DNA from: Methanosarcinaceae archaeon
GTDB lineage: Archaea; Halobacteriota; Methanosarcinia; Methanosarcinales; Methanosarcinaceae
Direction: 5' to 3'
DNA length: 64,000 nucleotides
NCBI GenBank assembly: GCA_030627005.1
Contig: DAOUSW010000005.1
Coordinates: 3,470-67,469, forward strand
Positions within the stretch are counted from its first letter, which is position 1. Every line of letters begins with the position of its first letter. The position numbers and the translations under genes were made by a program. Shown here in pieces: positions 10,686 to 21,100 of the stretch. The notes under the pieces are model-generated. The model saw nothing but the letters and a program-made list of their open reading frames with translations. It made no database searches and was not told the origin of the DNA.

Positions 10686-12071
10686 TTAGAAGCCGTAGTT
10701 CTCAGGCAGGAATACTTTGACTTCGCTCTGGTACTTGGTAAGACAGTCGTCCATGAACTGGTCCATGTCGTCAGGGAGGGCATCGAGGGCTGCTTTTGCG
10801 TCCTTGAGTGCGCCTGCTTCGAACCTGGAGATTGAGAGCTTGCCTGCGACTCCCTCTTCGACAATGTTGCAGCATTCGATTGCTGCGTTCTTTGCCCTGA
10901 GGTAAATGTTGTCGCCGTCCTTGACGATTGCTTCTCCGACCTTGTATGCGTTGTCGTATGCAAGCACATAGCCCTGGGGGTCTCTGTACCTGTCAGAGAG
11001 CATGAACATGTCCCTGAGGACCTTTTCGTTTCCTGTCTCGAGTGCGGTGTTCATGAGGGCACAGTCGTATGCAAGGGATTCTCCCCTGCACTGGACACTT
11101 GTACCGCCGAATTCGCCGTGGTACTCAACGGATTCGTTGGACCAGACGTCACAGCACTGCATGATGAGGTTACCCATAACATCGGAGTGGGCGCAGGTGG
11201 AGGTCTTACCTTCCTGGGTCATCGGCATGCCGGTGATGGCTTTGATGATGACGTTTTCGTAGCCACAGTCCTTTCCGGGGCCAAGTGCGCCGTTTTCGTA
11301 TGCTGCAAGGGACCTTGGTGCGGAAATTGCCCTTGCGATGATTGCGAGGGTGTGGGCGAGGTTCTTGTCGAGCAGTCCGCCTGCAATGAACATCGCGGTG
11401 TTTGCCTGGGCACAGTCGGTGTCCCCTGCTGCAATGGTGCCGGTTTTCTTTGCAACTGCTGCGATGTCGGACCAGATCATGTCCATGTCAAGGGTGCCGA
11501 GACAGCCGATACCGTAAAGCATACCTGCGATGTCGTTCCTGAGGATTGCGTAGTCGAAAACTTCCTTACCACCCATACTTTCCACGGAAAGCAGGTCAGC
11601 GCCGTTTTCTGCGCATTTCTCGAAAGCTTCCATAAATACGGAGTACTTGTCTCCTCTGAGCTGGAGGAAGTCCCTGTTTTCACGGATGTCACCGATGGTG
11701 TGGCGCAGTGCGCACTTGATGCCGTATTCATCATGGTACTCTTCCATGATGGTCTTCTGGGCGTGTGCGACTTCTGCTCCCCATTCGGGGTTGTTGGACA
11801 TCTGCTGGACGTGTTCGGTTTCGAGGATAACTGCGGGGAAACCTACCTGGACCATTCTCTGCATGATGTCGGTGGTGATCCTCTCGTATTCATTTACGAG
11901 TTTTTCCTTGGATGCACCGGCTTCAGGTCTGGGGGCGTAGTTAACTTCAGGAATTGTGTAGCCAGCACCGATCTCGAGGCCGAGACCTGCTTTTACGGGG
12001 TGCTTGGTTTTTCCGAAGCTCATCTCATCTGCGCTTTCGTATGCCATTGAAGTGTATCTGTTTGCTACCAT
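10686..12071 (-). CDS. mtaB: Methanol:corrinoid methyltransferase MtaB
   Basis: YTSMAYESADEMSFG, ETEHVQQMS, AAGDTDCAQAN, GKDCGYE, CAHSD. Confidence 0.98.
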   Translation of the reverse strand: MVANRYTSMAYESADEMSFGKTKHPVKAGLGLEIGAGYTIPEVNYAPRPEAGASKEKLVNEYERITTDIMQRMVQVGFPAVILETEHVQQMSNNPEWGAEVAHAQKTIMEEYHDEYGIKCALRHTIGDIRENRDFLQLRGDKYSVFMEAFEKCAENGADLLSVESMGGKEVFDYAILRNDIAGMLYGIGCLGTLDMDMIWSDIAAVAKKTGTIAAGDTDCAQANTAMFIAGGLLDKNLAHTLAIIARAISAPRSLAAYENGALGPGKDCGYENVIIKAITGMPMTQEGKTSTCAHSDVMGNLIMQCCDVWSNESVEYHGEFGGTSVQCRGESLAYDCALMNTALETGNEKVLRDMFMLSDRYRDPQGYVLAYDNAYKVGEAIVKDGDNIYLRAKNAAIECCNIVEEGVAGKLSISRFEAGALKDAKAALDALPDDMDQFMDDCLTKYQSEVKVFLPENYGF

Positions 12072-12085
12072 CTATCTCGCCTCGA

Positions 12086-12859
12086 TTAGTGCTTGTGGAA
12101 TGCTTCTCTTAATGCTGCAATGTTGGAACCTGCAATGATTGCATCAGCGATCTTGGGTGCATCTGCGGCTTCTTCTCCGTAAACACCGAGTTCATACTGT
12201 GCAACGAAATCCTGGTTCACTGCACCGCCGCCACATGCGAATGGGACATTGAGGCCTTTCTCGACCAGCTTGTCGTTGACTTCCTTGAAGGCGTACATGG
12301 TGGTGGTCATGAGTGCGGTTCCGGTGACCATGATAGGCTTGTTCTCTTCGACTGCTGCGACGACTTCGTCAACAGGGCAGTCTCTTCCGAGGTCAACAAC
12401 GTCAAAACCGTTTGCCCTGAGGAGAGCGGTTACGATGTTCTTCCCGATGTCGTGAACGTCACCTTCTGCTACGTGGCAGACAACGGTTCCCTTGGTTTCA
12501 GGGGCAGTGTCGGAGTTTTCCTTGCAGAATTCGATTCCATCGAGCATTGCGTCGGCAGACATCATAACGTTGGGGAGGAAGATGACACCGTCGTCGTAGA
12601 GCTTGGTGACAACAGCCATTCCGACCATAAGTGCATCGTCAATAAGGGTAATTGCTTCCTTGCCTGCATCGATTGCTGCCTGGAGTCCCTCTACGACATC
12701 GTCTTCTTCACCCTCGAAGATGGCTTTTGCGATTGGGTAGATGAGTTCGTCTTTCGGATAGAGTTCTTCTGCGGCTTCTTCAGGAGTCATTTCCTTTTCC
12801 AGAGCCACATTGTATCTGGTTAAGACTTTTTTCAAGCTTTCTTCTGTAAAGTCCAGCAT
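12086..12859 (-). CDS. mtaC: Methanol corrinoid protein MtaC
   Basis: MLDFTEESLKKVL after GGAGGT; B12-binding GDVHDIGKNIV; ends FHKH. Confidence 0.98.
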   Translation of the reverse strand: MLDFTEESLKKVLTRYNVALEKEMTPEEAAEELYPKDELIYPIAKAIFEGEEDDVVEGLQAAIDAGKEAITLIDDALMVGMAVVTKLYDDGVIFLPNVMMSADAMLDGIEFCKENSDTAPETKGTVVCHVAEGDVHDIGKNIVTALLRANGFDVVDLGRDCPVDEVVAAVEENKPIMVTGTALMTTTMYAFKEVNDKLVEKGLNVPFACGGGAVNQDFVAQYELGVYGEEAADAPKIADAIIAGSNIAALREAFHKH

Positions 12860-14393
12860 ATTTTTAACCTCCATTCTGATTCAGCAAAAAAAGGTCCCGT
12901 TATCGCAGCCGTAAATGGGGTGTGCGGATCCCATCGGGCACCGGGTATTTCCGTTAAGCTGTAGAGGCATCTGTGCCTTTCTGTGGTGCGTACTCCCGGA
13001 AAGCCCACAGAGACTTCTGTTAAAAACAGGTGTATTTTAGGACTTCCTGCTGTACATACCCGTGAAAGACCTTTCCTCCACTTGATGCTCCGGATTTTTT
13101 CCTTTTTTTGAACCTTCCATGCCCATCTCCGGACATGTAACGCACAGCATAACGTGGCATCATCAAATATACCATAAACGACGGGAATTTTTTCCGGGTT
13201 TTGACGGGGATACATGGGCTGAAAAATTTTGAACCGGGTATGTGACTTATGGGGGTATTATATTCAGGGGGCACCGCTCCGGATCGCCATACTCAAAAAT
13301 TCAGGGGGGACTTTTTAACTCTCTGTGGGAAGACCTTTGTATTGTGTGGGGAGGGGGCACTCATAAAATATATTTTGTATCTCGGCATGTGCAGATGTAA
13401 GCCTGAAGGGGTGTGCAGATATGGGTGCAGACTGGAATATGCAGATTATAGTCAAGGACCCAAAGGCCTTCAGCAATCTCAAGCGAAAGTTTAACCACAG
13501 AAAGCACTGAAAACATGGAATAAAGGAAAAAGGGCACAATCCTTTCGTGCTTTCCGTGTCTTACGTGCTTATAATTTAAGTGTAAATATTTACGTTCGGG
13601 ACTATAGAATATATAATCTCTAAGTCTGCAAATTATAATCTCTAAGTCTGCAACATTAGTGACACTTGATTACATTTTGTATTATCTGGGAATGCTTGGT
13701 AACACCTGGTGAAAATTAGTATAAACTGGGAAAACCTGGTGAAAATTCTAAATTCTTCCGGGCAGTCATAAATGGGTGCATATATGACAAAAAATAAATA
13801 GGGAGAAGATAGATATAAGGCGTGGTGAGAGCGGGTCTGAAATGATTTTTACTAATACTAAAGGGTCTCTGTGCCTGTTTCAGGGGATAAGTCTGTTCTG
13901 TGATATTGTTTGAATAAAAAATTTTAGAACAGCTACCTTAAAAATTTTAAAGTCTCAGTTTTCATTAACCGGTTTGCTGAAATAAACTCGATTGAAAATT
14001 TTGATCTCCCTGTTTAGATTTTCTCATACTCATTATGTACTAATTGATTCTGTTCACGTTGTTCTATTCGTATTTCTATGGCTCTTGTTGCTGTTCTTTT
14101 CTTGTGTCCCCCTGATTTTTCTCCCTCTTTATTTCTTATTTTTTCCAGGGAGTTTGCGTCTTAAATTATCCATCCATATTTTTTTATATAAATGAGATGT
14201 GGATAATTCCTGTCTGTGATAAATTCCTACACTCCCCGCTTTTAGTCATATATATTAGGGGAGGCATCCGAATTTTTTGTTTGCCTTCGGGAGGACCCTA
14301 AATCCCGCGTAGTAAGGCACGCAGATAATGAAGCGTATCATTACCCCGAAAACCCCCAACCCTAAAAAACAAAGTGAAATCAAAGTGGTTTTT
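12860..14393. promoter_or_regulatory. Long mtaCB leader / divergent control region
   Basis: About 1.5 kb without a credible gene between mtaC and a divergent ArsR-type regulator; long mtaCB leaders are established in Methanosarcina. TSS not located. Confidence 0.55.
13447..13606 (+). mobile_element. MITE copy 2 (160 bp), inside the mtaCB control region
   Basis: TATAGTC...GACTATA; more diverged copy. Confidence 0.85.
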
Positions 14394-15248
14394 ATGCAAC
14401 CTGAGTTATTAGATGTCGTATTTCGTTCCAGAAAAAGAAGTGACCTGCTTTTGCTCCTGGGAGAGGAAGCCAGAACAATCGAAGAAATAAAAACCATTCT
14501 TGACGTTTCCCCCACAGCCATCCTGCCTCAGATCAAAAGGCTTACAGACAGCAGCCTTGTGGTTCAGAGGGACGGGTATTATGAATTGACTGGCCTGGGA
14601 GAAGAGGTCGTCAAGAAGGTCCGGCCCCTTGTCGATGTCCTGACCCTGCTAGAGCGAAACGACTACTGGCTGGAGCACGACCTTAACGGAATTCCCCAAT
14701 ATCTGCAGGACCGGCTCGGAGACCTCAAAGACTTCCGCCTGATCGAACCCGACCCCTGCCAGATTTTTGAACCCCGAACGGAAATCGTAAATTTCATTTC
14801 GGCTTCAAGTCATTTGATGGTTTTCTCTTCTTTTTTCAGGCCCGAGTTCCTGCCTATTTATTCCAAGCTCGGCAGGAAAGGTGCAAAAGTTTCCCTGATC
14901 TTAACTGAGTCGGTACTTGAAAAAACCCTGCACAATTATGAACGGAAGCTTAAGAAATTTACAGATATGCCCAATACCGAACTTTTCGTCTGTAATGACG
15001 GGGTCAAGCTTGCCGAACTTATCGTATCTGACCAGGGAGTGCTGGTTTCCCTCTTTGCCAGCAACGGCAGGTTCCACCACGATCATGCTTTCTGTTCCGG
15101 CCCTCAGGCTCTCGACTGGGTAAAGGAACTTTTTGAGTTCTATAAATCCCGTTCCAGGTTAATCAAAAACTCAAGGGGAATGGAAAGTTTTTCCTGCACT
15201 TCCGGGGCCGGTTTCCTGTCCGAATCTCCCCTGATCAGTTTGCATTAA
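14394..15248 (+). CDS. ArsR-type winged-helix regulator, methanol-specific regulator (Msr) family, MsrA-like
   Basis: FRSRKRSDLLLLL..EEIK..LDVSPTAILPQIKRL HTH; divergent from mtaCB as for known Msr activators. Confidence 0.85.
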   Translation: MQPELLDVVFRSRKRSDLLLLLGEEARTIEEIKTILDVSPTAILPQIKRLTDSSLVVQRDGYYELTGLGEEVVKKVRPLVDVLTLLERNDYWLEHDLNGIPQYLQDRLGDLKDFRLIEPDPCQIFEPRTEIVNFISASSHLMVFSSFFRPEFLPIYSKLGRKGAKVSLILTESVLEKTLHNYERKLKKFTDMPNTELFVCNDGVKLAELIVSDQGVLVSLFASNGRFHHDHAFCSGPQALDWVKELFEFYKSRSRLIKNSRGMESFSCTSGAGFLSESPLISLH

Positions 15249-15351
15249 CGGGTACGAAAGTTTCAAAAATGGTTCAGGAGACAGTTTTATCTCCCTCTCC
15301 TGACTCCCGGTTTTTCAAAATACACGATGCTATTTCCGGAGGTTGATTTGA

Positions 15352-16143
15352 ATGACCATGGACCTGCAGTTGATTGATACGATTTTCTTTTCGGAAAAAA
15401 GAAAGAACCTTCTCATGTTCCTGATGGAGGGACCTAAAACTATCGATGAGATCAAGACGGAACTCGACGTCAGTTCCAGCCCTATCATGGCCCAGATCCG
15501 GGTCCTGCTAAAGGACGGACTTCTGGTGCAGAAAGAGAGCCACTACGAACTTTCGGTCAAAGGAAAATTAATTGCCCCCAGGATGCAGCCTCTGCTTTCC
15601 ACTTTCCGGGTCTTTGATGAGAACCATGAGTACTGGGCAAGCCAGGACCTGTACACCCTTCCGCAGCACCTCCGGGAAAGGCTCGGGGAGCTGGGGTCCT
15701 GCCGGGAAATCGTGCCTGATAGGACTCATATCTTTGATTATCCTCCTGAGATTATGAACAACCTGTACAGGGCAAAAACAATCATGGAAATATCTTCCTT
15801 TTTCCGCCCCGGCTATCCGGGGCTTTATCTGGACCTTGTCCGGAAAGGCGTCGAAGTCTCAATTGTCCTTGACCGGCCCATATTCAAAAAACTGGCCTCG
15901 GAATACAGGGCTGATGTGGAAGCTTTCATAAGCATGGAAAATGCAAGCCTCTACGTCTGCGAGCATAACATCGAACTTGCTTCCAGTCTGGTAACGGACC
16001 GTTTCACTTCCATCTCCCTGGTTTCCAAAGACGGGAGGTACTATAACCACGAAATGGTAAGCTTTGAAGAAAGCGCCTTTGCCTGGGGACAGGAACTTTT
16101 CGGTTACTACAGGGATATGTCGAAACAGATAACCGAGCTCTGA
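15352..16143 (+). CDS. ArsR-type winged-helix regulator, Msr family, MsrB-like (not methionine sulfoxide reductase)
   Basis: IFFSEKRKNLLMFL..GPKTIDEIK; tandem paralog of the previous gene. Confidence 0.85.
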   Translation: MTMDLQLIDTIFFSEKRKNLLMFLMEGPKTIDEIKTELDVSSSPIMAQIRVLLKDGLLVQKESHYELSVKGKLIAPRMQPLLSTFRVFDENHEYWASQDLYTLPQHLRERLGELGSCREIVPDRTHIFDYPPEIMNNLYRAKTIMEISSFFRPGYPGLYLDLVRKGVEVSIVLDRPIFKKLASEYRADVEAFISMENASLYVCEHNIELASSLVTDRFTSISLVSKDGRYYNHEMVSFEESAFAWGQELFGYYRDMSKQITEL

Positions 16144-16335
16144 TTATACCGGGAGATAATTATCGAGCTAACTTTTATGGTCATTTCAATGCCCTTTTAT
16201 TGTGGAAATAACCTTTATGGTTACTTCACTACCTCTCTATTATTCGAATAACCTTTATGGTTATTTCAATGCCTATTTTTTGTCAGTTTTTGTTCCCAAA
16301 GCTTAAAATAGCCTTAAAACAGCCTTCCAGAAGCT

Positions 16336-16821
16336 ATGAAAAAAAGAGGCTTTTCCCCTGTCCTGGATGAAAATACCGAAATTCTGGTACTCGGCTCCCT
16401 TCCGAGTGACGAGTCCATCAGAAAACAGCAGTACTACGGAAACCCGGGAAATGACTTCTGGAGGCTGCTCGGGGGAGCTCTTGAGGAAGCCCTGCAGGAA
16501 ATGGACTATGAAACTCGGCTTGAGACCCTGAAAAGACATGGGGTTGGTTTATGGGACGTGTTCAAAGCCGGCTGGCGGGAAGGGAGCCTTGATTCAGGGA
16601 TCGGGGATGAAGAAATAAACAATTTTTCAAAACTGAAGGAACTGGCTCCGGAGCTCAGGCTGGTCTGTTTCAACGGCAAAAAAGCGGGAGAATACGAGGT
16701 CTTGCTCAGGAAAATGGGTTACGAGACAAAAGTTCTCCCTTCTTCAAGCGGGGCAAACCGGAGGTATTCGATAAAGAGGGTGCAGGAATGGGAAGCTGTT
16801 TTCAAGCTCGGCAATGAGTGA
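16336..16821 (+). CDS. DNA-deoxyinosine (hypoxanthine) glycosylase, UDG superfamily
   Basis: LVLGSLPS..SIRKQQYYGNPGNDFW, LWDV, FNGKKA, LPSSSGAN. Confidence 0.88.
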   Translation: MKKRGFSPVLDENTEILVLGSLPSDESIRKQQYYGNPGNDFWRLLGGALEEALQEMDYETRLETLKRHGVGLWDVFKAGWREGSLDSGIGDEEINNFSKLKELAPELRLVCFNGKKAGEYEVLLRKMGYETKVLPSSSGANRRYSIKRVQEWEAVFKLGNE

Positions 16822-16926
16822 TGATGGGTGGTTACGATAAATAAAAATCAATGACGGGCACTAAAGAGTACTAAAGAGCAATACGGGATAGCAGCGTCTT
16901 TCCATTCTTATTTTCGGGTGGCTTAC

Positions 16927-17106
16927 TTATTCGACTTCAATCGCTCCTAAAGTGCAGTTCTCTTCACAGGCCCCGCAGTCCACACATTCCTCTTCGTCCA
17001 CGACGGCAATGCCCTCCTCCTCGTCAAGAGTAATTGCTTCTACAGGGCACTCTTCCACACAGGTTCTACAGCCGGTGCATTCTTCTTTATCGACTTTTGC
17101 TGGCGT
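16927..17106 (-). CDS. 2[4Fe-4S] ferredoxin (59 aa) with ACG at the start position; absent from the ORF track
   Basis: (T/M)[58 protein letters not shown]; GGAG upstream; in-frame TGA three codons before the ACG. Confidence 0.85.
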   Translation of the reverse strand, partial: TPAKVDKEECTGCRTCVEECPVEAITLDEEEGIAVVDEEECVDCGACEENCTLGAIEVE

Positions 17107-17724
17107 TTTCTTTCAACTCCTTTGCTTCGTTTAAGGATAATATGGTTCTTTTCTTATTTATTTTATTCTCTTTATATATCTATGTGCCAGCTCCTCTTTG
17201 TCGTTTTACCTGTTGATGGGCTTCCTTGCTTGAGCTTCAAATTCGTCCCTTTTTTCGGAAATCCTTTTTAGGAATGTTCTCTCCCGCTTTTGTCCGATTT
17301 TGAGAATATCGGGGTAAATTTGTTGTACACATATTGTTCTTTTTTACTTTGTTTTGTCCCCCCTGTCAACTATAATCAAAATAAACATGTAAAAAATTGT
17401 CATACAAAATTTCCTGTACAATTGTTCTTAAAGGTGAAAATATCTTTGGAGATAAAAGTTAAAGTGTCAATCCAATTCTAAATCCAACTCTAAATCATCC
17501 GGATCGTTTGCTTCCTCCAAGCAATAAACATTTTATATATAATTTTAACAAAGTATATATGTAAAATGTTACTAACTTTCCATGCGACTTCATAAAATAA
17601 AAAGAATGTAAACTCTGCTACAAATGTCTTAAAACTTCTCATAAAATTGAAAATCAATACTCTGGGGCATTACATGGACATATCCACAAAAGACCAAAGA
17701 TGGAGGGGCCTGGCCAGGAGGATA

Positions 17725-18117
17725 ATGCGCCATTCCTCAATTTACTTCCTTATTATAATATTTACTACATTTGCAATCGGCTGCATTGAAGATGAGCCCT
17801 CTCAAAATTTTTCTGATACTCTTCCGGAGGATCAAAATTTTTCTGATACTCTTCCGGAGGGTCAAAACAATTCCAGGACCAACATAAGTGAAAATATAGA
17901 GAATACGCTGGTCGGACACCAAATTGTATACTATGACATAGCCGGTGAGCCCAGGTCTTACAACATATCCAAAAAAGATATTCGTAGTATTGAAAAGTCC
18001 GAATCGAACGGTGAGGTCATATGGATCGCAACAGTCGGGTCCGGTATGCAATGGGGGATACACCTCAACAGTACCGGCGAGTCGATCCTCGAAGAAATCC
18101 AATTATTCAGGACATAA
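17725..18117 (+). CDS. Putative lipoprotein
   Basis: GGAGG then ATG 17725; lipobox-like FAIGC; internal 30 bp duplication (QNFSDTLPE x2). Confidence 0.65.
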   Translation: MRHSSIYFLIIIFTTFAIGCIEDEPSQNFSDTLPEDQNFSDTLPEGQNNSRTNISENIENTLVGHQIVYYDIAGEPRSYNISKKDIRSIEKSESNGEVIWIATVGSGMQWGIHLNSTGESILEEIQLFRT

Positions 18118-18130
18118 AGAAGGTGTTAAT

Positions 18131-21100
18131 ATAAAAACGGGAATCTGTATCTTCTTATTATTTATATTCTTATTATCCACAACCGGAAGCGCAGTCTCTG
18201 ATGAATTTCATTCGAGCAGGGAAGCTATTTCTGAGGCACAGGTGAACACCGGGCAAGTTCCTGTGAACAAAGAAGCCCTATTCGCAGCAAAATACGGACC
18301 TGGCTGGAAAGTTTCGATAGACGGGGACTCAAACCTGCCGAGGAGAATGGTGGGAAGCAGTATCGAACTTACAGGAGTCTCCGAAGGGGCAGAGCCTGAA
18401 GTCAGGAAATTCATTGCTGATAACAGCCAGGTCTTCAGTCTGGATTCCGCAGAACTGGAGCTTATAAAAGAGGACCATGACCCTTCGCTATATGGAAAAG
18501 GCAGTGGTATAAGCAACCTTGTCTACAGGCAGTCGTATAAGGGGGTCCCCGTATATTCCTCAAGGGTCGGGGTCACTGTAAACGACGGGAAGCTCGTGGC
18601 TGTGGATTCCAGCTATTTTCCCGATATAACGGCCCCAACGGAAGCTTCAATAGATGAAATACAGGCTCTTTCTGCCGCAGGCAGAAATCTTGGTATTGAT
18701 ATTGCAGCACCTGTTACACCCCTGAGTTCGGTCTCGCTGGAAGAATTTTCCAGACCGGAACTTTCCGGGCCTGCCTCCGGGAAAAACGCTACCAAAGCGG
18801 AGCAGGTTTCCCTTGTGATCTATCCTGTGGAAAACGAAGGCGGCTATGAATACCACCTTGCCTATGAAATTGAACTGGCTCCCATCAAGGAGCCTCTGAG
18901 CGCCTGGGTTTATTTTGTGGATGCAAATGACGGGCAGGTCCTGTACAGGTATGACCGGATGATCCCTTTCACTATTAACGGGAACGTGACCGGTACAGTG
19001 TACCCCGAATGCCCTGCCGATACTCCTATAAACGTTCCTTTCCGGAACCAGACAGTATCGGTATTTAATGATACAAATAAAGTTCTCTTTTCTGAAAGAT
19101 TTGACGATGCCACAGGGTATGCAGTAACTTCCAATCCTATCGACCTGACCGGTGCGGTCAATTCCAGATTAAATTTCAGCACCAGATATGATCTCGAATC
19201 AGAGTATGATTATGCACATGCGGCTATTTCCGAAGACGGGAATTTATTCTATTTCATAGGAAATTTTACCGGCACCCGGGATTCCTGGACAGATGAGTCC
19301 ATAGATATATCAAATTATGACGGGGAGCAGGTCTGGATCGGGTTTTTTTATGTCACCGATGAATACGTTCTCGGTGAAGGCTTCTACGCAGACAACATCA
19401 TAGTCTCCAGTGATAATGGGGTAGTGTTTGCTGATGACCTGGAAAACGGTGATGAAAACTGGGACTTTAATATATTCAGTCTAAAAAATACATTTCTTAA
19501 CCCGGTAACAGCAACAACGGACGGGAGAGGTTTCTACAGCATCCCGGACCCGGCAGAAGACGTTTACATCTATTCGGATTTCAGCGGCCCCTATGTGAAG
19601 GTTATCAATGAGGACAAAACGAATACCTTTGTTGAATTTAACCTGAGCTCTCCAACACACGACTGGAACTGGGCTGATGTGGATACTTCCTATGAAAGGG
19701 AGGAGTCCAACGTATTCTACCATGTGAATGTCATCCATGACTATTTCACAACCGGAAGTCCCTTTGACATACACTCTATGGACTACCAGACAATTGCCAT
19801 CGTAGAGTACGGGTCGGAAACCGGGAATGCGTTTTCGGACGGGACTGACATCTATTTATGTGCAGCAGGGGACAGGTATGAGTCTACGGCCGTCCTTAGC
19901 GATGCTATCTACCACGAGTATACACACAGCGTTGTTGATCATGTCTATACGACAGATCTGCCGTACAGGGATGAATCCGGAGCCCTTAATAAAGGCTGGG
20001 CGGACTATTTTGCATGCACGGTTAACAATAATTCCGTTGTAGGAGAGGGATTCTATGTTAGTAGCGGCAGTGGCCTGAGAAACATAAATAATACCTGTCG
20101 GTACCCCGATGATATTGTTGGAGAGTCTCATTATGATAGCCGGATTATATCGGGTGCCATGTGGGACCTCAGGGAGCTTCTGGGTGCTGAGCTTGCTGAC
20201 GAACTGGTCCTCAGGGGCATGAAACTCGAGCCTCAGGACTTCCGGGAATACCTCGAAGATATACTGATAGTCGATGATGACAATGCCGACCTGAGCGACG
20301 GGACGCCTCATATCAATGCTATCTGCAAAGCATTCTATGTAAACCACGGGATAGACACGGAATTCTTCGATTCCGTCGCCCCGGAGCTTTCCGGGAAATC
20401 TCCTTCCGGCGGTTCATATATTTCCAGCAACACAACGCCTATAGCCGCCAATATAACATATTTGATTGACGTAGACCCTTCATCTATTTGCATGACGGTT
20501 AACGGGGAACCTGCCGCAGTAACAAAAACAGAAATAAACAAAGGTTACAGGGTCGAAAACATCCCCTTAATGCCATACGGGGATGGTGAAGTCGCGGTTT
20601 GTTTGAATGTATCGGATGCCGCAGACAACTTTATTTCCAGCAGCTGGTCATTCTTCGTGGATACAAAATCCCCTCTCTCAAATACTCCGGAGGATACGGA
20701 ATTTTCAGCAAACAGCACCACGTACTTCACAGGCTGGAAGCTTTTTGACCTGTATCCGGGGTACTACCGGGTATTATGCGATGGGGAAGAGATTGTACCC
20801 CCTGCGCAGTGGGCAAATGATACTCAGCTCTCAATCCCGGTGAATACCGATCTCGGGATCGGGGATTTTAACTACACCATTCAATACAACGATACTGTCG
20901 GAAACTATGGTGAGCAGGACACAGTTCTCATAACCATTGATTACTTCCCGGCTCCAAAAATCAACATAAGCTCCCCGGTAGACGGCTATTCAACGACATC
21001 CGGTTCAGTAACGGTTACTGGAACCGTAAACGGCACCGGATCATTACCCTCGGTTACCGTAAACGGGGTTGATGCAGACCTTTCCCTTGAAGGTTTCAAT

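Noticed and set aside
11118-12050. 310 aa ORF antisense to mtaB (likewise long antisense ORFs over hsdR, mutL, mutS, the peptidase gene and the CCG gene)
   Set aside because: Shadow frames of strongly codon-biased genes; no motifs
10686-12874. Pyrrolysine read-through
   Set aside because: MtaB and MtaC contain no in-frame TAG, and methanol methyltransferases are not Pyl proteins; no convincing amber read-through seen elsewhere
13992-14195. 67 aa hydrophobic ORF before the regulator
   Set aside because: T-rich intergenic composition explains it; no SD or motif
17945-18130. N-terminal extension of the peptidase
   Set aside because: Overlaps the lipoprotein gene; the signal peptide begins after 18131
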